64,000 nucleotides of DNA from Octopus vulgaris (lineage: Eukaryota), in contig OX597838.1 of the NCBI GenBank assembly GCA_951406725.2, forward strand, positions 29,946,001 through 30,010,000, read 5' to 3'. Numbering within the stretch: position 1 is the first letter of the stretch; each line of letters opens with the position of its first letter. Made by a program: the position numbers and the translations under genes. A model generated the notes under the pieces. The model was not told the origin of the DNA. It ran no database searches and worked only from the letters and a program-made list of their open reading frames with translations. This document shows positions 56,032 through 64,000 of this stretch, one piece after another.

Positions 56032-56247
56032 GGTAGAGGCGACAGTGAAGGTGGTGGTGGTGGTGGTGGTGGCATTGGCGACGGCAGTGGCAACGGTGGA
56101 GGTGACGGCGACAGCGGCGGTTGCGGTGGCGGCGGTGGCGGTGGTGGCGGCGGCGGCGATGGTGGCGACGACAACGGCAATGACGACGAAGGGCGGTGAT
56201 GACGATGTTCGCCATCTTTTCCAATTCGGTGTGTTTTTATCTTTCAG

Positions 56248-56374
56248 AAATTTAAGGAAACAAAATGGAGAAATGGAGGGAACTGTGTACTTCAGGACAT
56301 CCTGACCATTGGCTGTGTGTTTAAAGGGCTTTTGTATTACCTCTACACTTCAATTACATACACTCCTACCGGAG

Positions 56375-56376
<2 letters not shown>
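56248..56376 (+). CDS. Candidate 129-nt internal exon with a hydrophobic, signal-anchor-like segment
   Basis: Strong acceptor tttttatctttcag; open phase-0 frame KFKETKWRNGGNCVLQDILTIGCVFKGLLYYLYTSITYTPTGD; possible donor GAT|GTGTGT. Confidence 0.45.
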
Positions 56377-56411
<35 letters not shown>

Positions 56412-56536
56412 TGCATGTGTATTTCCCACCGAATATGTATGTACGTATGTATGTATGTATGTATGTATGTATGCATGTATGTATGCATGTATGTATATAT
56501 ATATATATATATATACACGTATATACATATACATAT

Positions 56537-56569
<33 letters not shown>

Positions 56570-56661
56570 CATACATACATACATATATATGTATACATAT
56601 GTATGTATATATACGTATATATATATATACATATGTATATATGTATATGTATATATGTATT

Positions 56662-56719
<58 letters not shown>

Positions 56720-56851
56720 CGCGTGTGTGTGTGTGCATGTTTATATATACATGTATATATATGTATTTGTTTGTGTGTGTGTGTATTGTTATATCTGCTG
56801 GTAGCGAGCTCTTATTAGAAGAAAAGGCCACTTAACCGCCCAGTCTCATTA

Positions 56852-56900
<49 letters not shown>

Positions 56901-57096
56901 CGCACACGCACACACGCACACAACATGCACGAATACACGAAATACAAAATAAAGCAATATATGGGTGTGTGTGTGTGTGTGTGTATATGTGGTGCATGTG
57001 TGTGCTTTATTGTGTTCATGAGAAGGTATTTGTATGTATGCATGTGTGTGTGTACGAATGCATATATGTATATATGCACACATTTTTGTGTGCATA

Positions 57097-57260
57097 GGCG
57101 CAGAAGTGGCTGTGTGGTAAGTAGCTGGCTAACCAACCACATGGTTCCGGGTTCAGTCCCACTGCGTGGCATCTTGGGCAAGTGTCTTCTGCTATAGCCC
57201 CGGGCCGACCAATGCCTTGTGAATGGATTTGGTAGACGGAAACTGAAAGAAGCCTGTCGT
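57097..57260 (+). mobile_element. Family-B SINE 5' half (host of the palindrome)
   Basis: Head and core end in (TA)n; the 3' half resumes at about 60715-60936. Confidence 0.88.
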
Positions 57261-57261
57261 A

Positions 57262-57328
<67 letters not shown>

Positions 57329-57339
57329 TATATAGAAGG

Positions 57340-57390
57340 AGCTTCTACAGGACTAGTACTGTTTCATTCAAGAGAAATCTTCAGGAAGCT
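57340..57390 (-). ncRNA. Type I hammerhead ribozyme motif (mirror copy)
   Basis: Exact reverse complement of 60527-60577. Confidence 0.7.
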
Positions 57391-57735
57391 ATTTAACAAG
57401 AATTGTATTAGCATTTATACATTTAGGCAGGTTTAAAGGAGTGGTGGTGGGGGACTTTTTGGGGGTAGGCATAGCGCAAAATATCATACTTGGGGGAGTG
57501 GTCAAGGAGTCAGTGGTAAGTTAGATGAAAGAATAGATAAATAAAAAAAAATAAAATAATAAAAAATAAAAAAATAAAAAATATATAAAAAATATATATA
57601 TATAAAAATATATATATAAAAAAATATATATATAAAAAAAGGGGGATAGAGTTATAGGTAAATAAGGAGATTCTCACTTATACCTATACACACATGTATA
57701 CGTATCTACACACACATACATATACACATATATAT

Positions 57736-57774
<39 letters not shown>

Positions 57775-58238
57775 CACATACATATATACACACATACATA
57801 CATATCTACATACACACATACATACACCCGCCCACATATACAAATTTATACACATGCACATGCCTATACCTGTCTACACATACACACACGTATATATGCA
57901 TACACTCACTCCCATGCATGCACGCATACACACATGTATATATATATATATATATACCCACGACCACACATACATATATACACAGAAAAATATATATTCA
58001 TACGCACATACACTCATGCACACACAACACACCTAGTTCCCTATATACACATATTTACCCCTATATATACCTACACCCACATACACCTATGTACATATAT
58101 ATATATATATATATATACATATACACGCATACATATATATACATGTGTGCACATACATACATACACACATATACATACACATACACATACACATGTGTAC
58201 CTATACATACCTACACATACACACATACATACATACAA

Positions 58239-58269
<31 letters not shown>

Positions 58270-58966
58270 CTATCCAATACAGGCCCATTCCCTAATTTTA
58301 ATTTTATTATCTTCATTTATTACTTTTGTTATCTTTGATCGCTAGGGCTAAGAATCCTGGCTATGGCTGCATGTCCATTTGTCTGTCTACTAGAAGGCAA
58401 GTACTCATTCCCGCACGCACACTCATTAGCACGTACATTCACCCATTCATACACTCATACACATACACGTACGCACGCGTTATATTCATACATACAAACA
58501 TCTACATACGTTCACGTATATACACATACGTACTCGTACCTACAGATTCGTGTCTACACTTTAGGAGGCTAGTCTATACATATACACCAAAAAACATACA
58601 TATATATATATATACACACATATACATATATACTCCTATGTATATGTATATATATATATATATGTATATGTATATATATATATGAGTGCGTGTGTGTATG
58701 TATGCATATATGTATGTATGCATGTATATGTGTATGTATATATATATGTGTGTAAGTGTGTGCATATATGTATATGTAAGTATGTGTGCGCGTATGAGTA
58801 TGTATGTATGCTTGCACACGTGTATATATATGTGTGTGTGTGTATATATATGGATGCGCGTGCGTGTGTGCACGTGTATGGGTACGCATGTATATGTGTA
58901 TGTGCGTGTATGTGTATACGTGTATGTATGTATGTGTGTGCGTAGATTTGTATATGTATGTGTGAG

Positions 58967-59002
<36 letters not shown>

Positions 59003-59176
59003 GATGGGTGTGTGTATGCGTATAAATGCATGTAAGTATGGATGTATGGATGTATGTATGTATGTATACGTATGTATGTGTGTATGTGTGTATGTATATA
59101 TATGTGTGTATATATGTTTGTGTATGTATATATATGTGTATGTATGTGTGTGTATATGTATGTGTGTATGTGTATG

Positions 59177-59240
<64 letters not shown>

Positions 59241-59643
59241 GGTATGTATCTGTATGTAGGAGTATATATGTGTGTGTGTGTGTATGTATATGTGTGTATA
59301 TATATATATATATGTATGTTTTTTGGTGTATATGTATAGACTAGCCTCCTAAAGTGTAGACACGAATCTGTAGGTACGAGTACGTATGTGTATATACGTG
59401 AACGTATGTAGATGTTTGTATGTATGAATATAACGCGTGCGTACGTGTATGTGTATGAGTGTATGAATGGGTGAATGTACGTGCTAATGAGTGTGCGTGC
59501 GGGAATGAGTACTTGCCTTCTAGTAGACAGACAAATGGACATGCAGCCATAGCCAGGATTCTTAGCCCTAGCGATCAAAGATAACAAAAGTAATAAATGA
59601 AGATAATAAAATTAAAATTAGGGAATGGGCCTGTATTGGATAG

Positions 59644-59676
<33 letters not shown>

Positions 59677-60140
59677 TTGTATGTATGTATGTGTGTATGT
59701 GTAGGTATGTATAGGTACACATGTGTATGTGTATGTGTATGTATATGTGTGTATGTATGTATGTGCACACATGTATATATATGTATGCGTGTATATGTAT
59801 ATATATATATATATATATATGTACATAGGTGTATGTGGGTGTAGGTATATATAGGGGTAAATATGTGTATATAGGGAACTAGGTGTGTTGTGTGTGCATG
59901 AGTGTATGTGCGTATGAATATATATTTTTCTGTGTATATATGTATGTGTGGTCGTGGGTATATATATATATATATATACATGTGTGTATGCGTGCATGCA
60001 TGGGAGTGAGTGTATGCATATATACGTGTGTGTATGTGTAGACAGGTATAGGCATGTGCATGTGTATAAATTTGTATATGTGGGCGGGTGTATGTATGTG
60101 TGTATGTAGATATGTATGTATGTGTGTATATATGTATGTG

Positions 60141-60181
<41 letters not shown>

Positions 60182-60526
60182 ATATATATGTGTATATGTA
60201 TGTGTGTGTAGATACGTATACATGTGTGTATAGGTATAAGTGAGAATCTCCTTATTTACCTATAACTCTATCCCCCCTTTTTTTATATATATATTTTTTT
60301 ATATATATATTTTTATATATATATATTTTTTATATATTTTTTATTTTTTTATTTTTTTATTATTTTATTTTTTTATTTATCTATTCTTTCATCTAACTTA
60401 CCACTGACTCCTTGACCACTCCTCCAAGTATGATATTTTGCGCTATGCCTACCCCCAAAAAGTCCCCCACCACCACTCCTTTAAACCTGCCTAAATGTAT
60501 AAATGCTAATACAATTCTTGTTAAAT

Positions 60527-60577
60527 AGCTTCCTGAAGATTTCTCTTGAATGAAACAGTACTAGTCCTGTAGAAGCT
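60527..60577 (+). ncRNA. Type I hammerhead ribozyme motif
   Basis: AGCUUC-CUGAAGA-U UUC ucuu GAA U-GAAA-CAG uacuaguc CUG-UA^-GAAGCU: 6-bp helix I, intact core, GUA cleavage triplet at 60569-60571. The U-U at the base of helix II is non-canonical. Confidence 0.72.
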
Positions 60578-60660
60578 CCTTCTATATAATAAATTAATTT
60601 TACTCTGCTATGTATTGAGTACCTTACTTACTGTGGTTAACCCCGAATCAACCCGGGACC

Positions 60661-60713
<53 letters not shown>

Positions 60714-60714
60714 G

Positions 60715-60936
60715 TATGTGTGTGTGTTTGTGTGTCTGTGTTTGTCCCCCCTAGCATTGCTTGACAGCCGATGCTTGTGTGTTTACGTCCCCGTCACTTA
60801 GCGGTTCGGCAAAAGAGACCGATAGAATAAGTACTGGGCTTACAAAGAATAAGTCCCGGGGTCGATTTGCTCGACTAAAGGCGGTGCTCCAGCATGGCCG
60901 CAGTCAAATGACTGAAACAAGTAAAAGAGTAAAAGA
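60715..60936 (+). mobile_element. Family-B SINE 3' half
   Basis: Continues 57097-57260 colinearly with the intact copy at 20576. Confidence 0.88.
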
Positions 60937-61082
60937 GTGTGTATGTTATGTATGCATGTGTGGTGTATACTTGTAGGCATGTTTCTATACATGTATGTTA
61001 TGTATGTATGTACGTATGTGTGTTTTCTTTGTCTGTATATATGCCTGTTACATATGTATGCTTGTGTCTATGTATGTATATC

Positions 61083-61127
<45 letters not shown>

Positions 61128-61257
61128 GTATGTATGTATGTATGTATGTATGTATGTATGTATGTATGTATGTATGTATGTATGTATGTATGTATGTGTG
61201 TTCGTATGTGTGTATGAGTATTTATATGTTTGTATATATGTATATTTGTGTACATGA

Positions 61258-61648
61258 AAGGCGGTGAGCTGGTAGAATCGTTAGAACATTGGGCGAAATG
61301 CTTAGCGGTATTTCGTCTGCCGTTACGTTCTGAGTTAAAATTCTGCCGAGGTCGACTTTGCCTTTCATCCTTTCGGGGTCGATAAATTAAGTACCAGTTA
61401 CGCACTGGGGTCGATATAATTGACTTAATACCTATGTCTGTCCTTGTTTGTTCCCTCTGTGTTTAGCCCCTTGTGGGTAATAAAGGAATAGGTATTTCGT
61501 CTGCCGTTACGTTCTGAGTTAAAATTCCGCCGAGGTCGACTTTGCCTTTCATCCTTTCGGGGTCGATAAATTAAGTACCAGTTACGCACCTATGTCTGTC
61601 TTTGTTTGTCCCCTCTGTGTTTAGCCCCTTGTGGGTAATAAAGAAATA
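61258..61648 (+). mobile_element. Family-A SINE dimer with TSD
   Basis: Junction aataggtatttcg; tgtatatatgtatatttgt repeated at 61231 and 61649. Confidence 0.85.
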
Positions 61649-63399
61649 TGTATATATGTATATTTGTACAAATGTTTATTTGTGCAAATGTATATTACAT
61701 ATGTATATATGTATGTATAGCTCGAAACGTCGAAGATTTTTCCATTCTCCCCAAGCGTCACACTAACATACCTGTTTTTTGTTCACTCACCTGTTCTCAT
61801 CTTTGTTTTCTATAAATTTGAACTATATATTTAAATATGTTCATATGCATGTTTTCTTTAATATTTATTGAAATTCTTAAGGTCGACTTTGTCTTTCATC
61901 CTTTCGGTGGGGGGCGGGGTTCGATTAAATAAGTACCAGTTACGCATTGGGGTCGATGTAATCTACTTAATCCCTCCCCTCAAATTTGAAGCCTTGTGCT
62001 TCCAGTACAAAGGATATTTATTGAAGTTCTTAATAGCATTTGTGAGTTAAAACAATTTCTGGTTTTAGTAAATATGTGGTTAATTCAGTGTGTATATATA
62101 CGAAGGTGTATACACATGCACTAACGTTCTGTGTGGACCTCTTCCTTTAGGAGTGAGATCAGTGGTACTCAACCACTTTTTTGTCCATGGACTTCTTCTA
62201 CTTCTGTTTTACTCTCCTGGGCCGCCAAAACCATTCAATGTATATAAAAAAATCTTTTATAATCTTACTTTTATAATTAAATGTTACTATTAAGGCGGCG
62301 AGCTGGCAGAAACGTTAGCGCGCCGGGCGAAATGCTTGGCGGCATTTCGTCCGTCTTTACGTTCGGAGTTCGAATGCCGCTGAGGTCCGACTTTGCCGTT
62401 CATCCTTTCGGGATCGATAAAATAAGTAATTGGGTCGATATAAGAGATTAACTTCCTACCCCAACCAAACTTTAGGTCTTGTATCCATAACAGAAAGGCG
62501 AATTGTTTGGCGATCGATGCTCTTCGTGGTCACTGGATATTCTAGAAATAGCAGTCAACATCGCCATCAAATCGTAGATTGATGCCTTGAAAATAAGAGG
62601 AGGCACATATTTCATAATGTAGTCTGTGATACACTTTATGTGAAAAGACGGGGTGGTTACGGTTGGAACGTCTTTGATCAAAGGTCTTGCGGGGTCGGAG
62701 CTGATTTGGGGCTAAACAACAATAGTAGTAACAGCAGCAGCAGCAGCAGCACCACCACCACCACCACCACCACCACCATCATGATCATCATCACCAACAG
62801 CAACTACACCTCTATAATGAACGAATAAAGGAGTCCCTATCTGGTTGTTCGAGTTGCTAGAAATAGCAGTTAAATACTTATCAAACAACACCATACCACC
62901 TTAGAAAAAAAAGCAGGTATATTTGACAACGTAGGCGTAGACAGAAAACAAACATTGATAGTCACGGCTGGAGCGCTTTTCATCAAAACCCATTGGGTTA
63001 AATAAAAATAAAAAAGAAATTCAAAAGAAGCTTTTCTAGTTGAGGATTAACTTCGACGGTGATAAATGGTTCACCGTCGGTTACGACGACGAGTATTCTA
63101 ATTGATCTGATTAACGGCACAGCCTGCTTGTGAATTTAACGTGCAAGTGGCTGAGTACTCCACAGACACGCATAACCCTCTACGTTGTCTCTCGGTGTGA
63201 TTCAGTGTGATACAGAATGTGAGATGGCTGACCCCCTTTCAATTACAGGTACGACTCATTTTTACCAGCCGAGTGGACTGGGGCAACGTGAAATAAAATG
63301 TCTTGCTCAAAAACACAACGCACCACCGGGAATCGAACTCATGACCTTACGATCGTGAGCCATTCGCAAATCATGCTATATGCTACAATTTTGTGCCAG

Positions 63400-64000
63400 A
63401 GAGAAGGGCCATTGCACATATATAAAATATATCCAGGGAGAGGAAATTCTTATGAGACGGCGTATAAATATTATAAACCGTCTCAACAGAGAACTCAACG
63501 GCAGTGAGAAACCCCCGCCAAGAAACAGCACTGCTGGAGATTGAAAAACAACTGAAGCACTCCCATGGGAAATAAAAATCAGACAGAGAAGCCTGGGTCA
63601 TAAGAAATATTAAATCCGAGCATAAACCCTTCCTTAGGTACATATTTCTTTACTACCCACAAGGGGCTAAACACAGAGAGGACAAACAAGGACAGACAAA
63701 CGGATTAAGTCGATTATATCGACCCCAGTGCGTAACTGGTACTTAATTTATCGACCCCGAAAGGATGAAAGGCAAAGTCGACCTCGGCGGAATTTGAACT
63801 CAGAACGTAACGGCAGACGAAATACGGCTACGCATTTCGCCCGGCGTGCTAACGTTTCTGCCAGCTCGCCTTAGGTACAGCAAGGAGACTGTCTCTCTGC
63901 ATTGCAGGGTAGGGCCACTCTTCCAAAACGATGGCTCCCTCACGGGAAACCCAATGACGATAAGTGAAACACTGAATGAACGGTTCAAAAGTGTCTTTAC
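63400..64000 (+). mobile_element. CR1-like LINE ORF relic interrupted by a minus-strand family-A SINE (63643-63870)
   Basis: LLEIEKQLK...NIKSEHKPFLRY|SKE...VGPL...SETLNERFKSVF; TSD ttaggtaca at 63634 and 63871. Confidence 0.7.

Larger units (their letters stand above)
57323..60663. mobile_element. Penelope-type inverted-repeat insertion (arms 57323-58638 and 59257-60594, about 70-nt unpaired tail), non-coding
   Basis: Near-perfect reverse-complement arms, terminal hammerhead motifs, asymmetric tail and insertion in (TA)n. Confidence 0.75.

Noticed and set aside
58326-59587. Mirror-image ORFs beginning MLSLIARAKNPGYG as a duplicated gene
   Set aside because: They follow from the palindrome, start at TTG, and are mostly microsatellite-derived.

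Overview
This is eukaryotic, AT-rich, microsatellite-dense DNA. Its SINE and LINE repertoire points to an octopus genome (inference). The window opens with the last two coding exons of calsyntenin (2-121 and 1449-1625, both kinesin-light-chain-binding W-acidic motifs present), followed by a probable 3' UTR of about 13 kb. The rest is mostly transposon debris: three tRNA-derived SINE families; RTE, CR1-like and R4/Dong-like LINE fragments; Tc1/mariner relics; non-autonomous Helitrons and MITEs. Two candidate exons of a second + strand gene lie at 52029 and 56248. The most striking object is a young, ORF-less 3.3-kb Penelope-type palindrome (57323-60663) with near-identical arms of about 1.3 kb. 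Each outer end carries a type I hammerhead ribozyme motif, and the whole element sits in the (TA)n tract of a SINE. Other oddities are head-to-tail SINE arrays with recurrent junctions suggesting self-targeting, a TIR family carrying CCAAT and octamer motifs, and several inverted duplications. Almost all long ORFs in the track are microsatellite artefacts. Coordinates were read by eye, so repeat boundaries are approximate.
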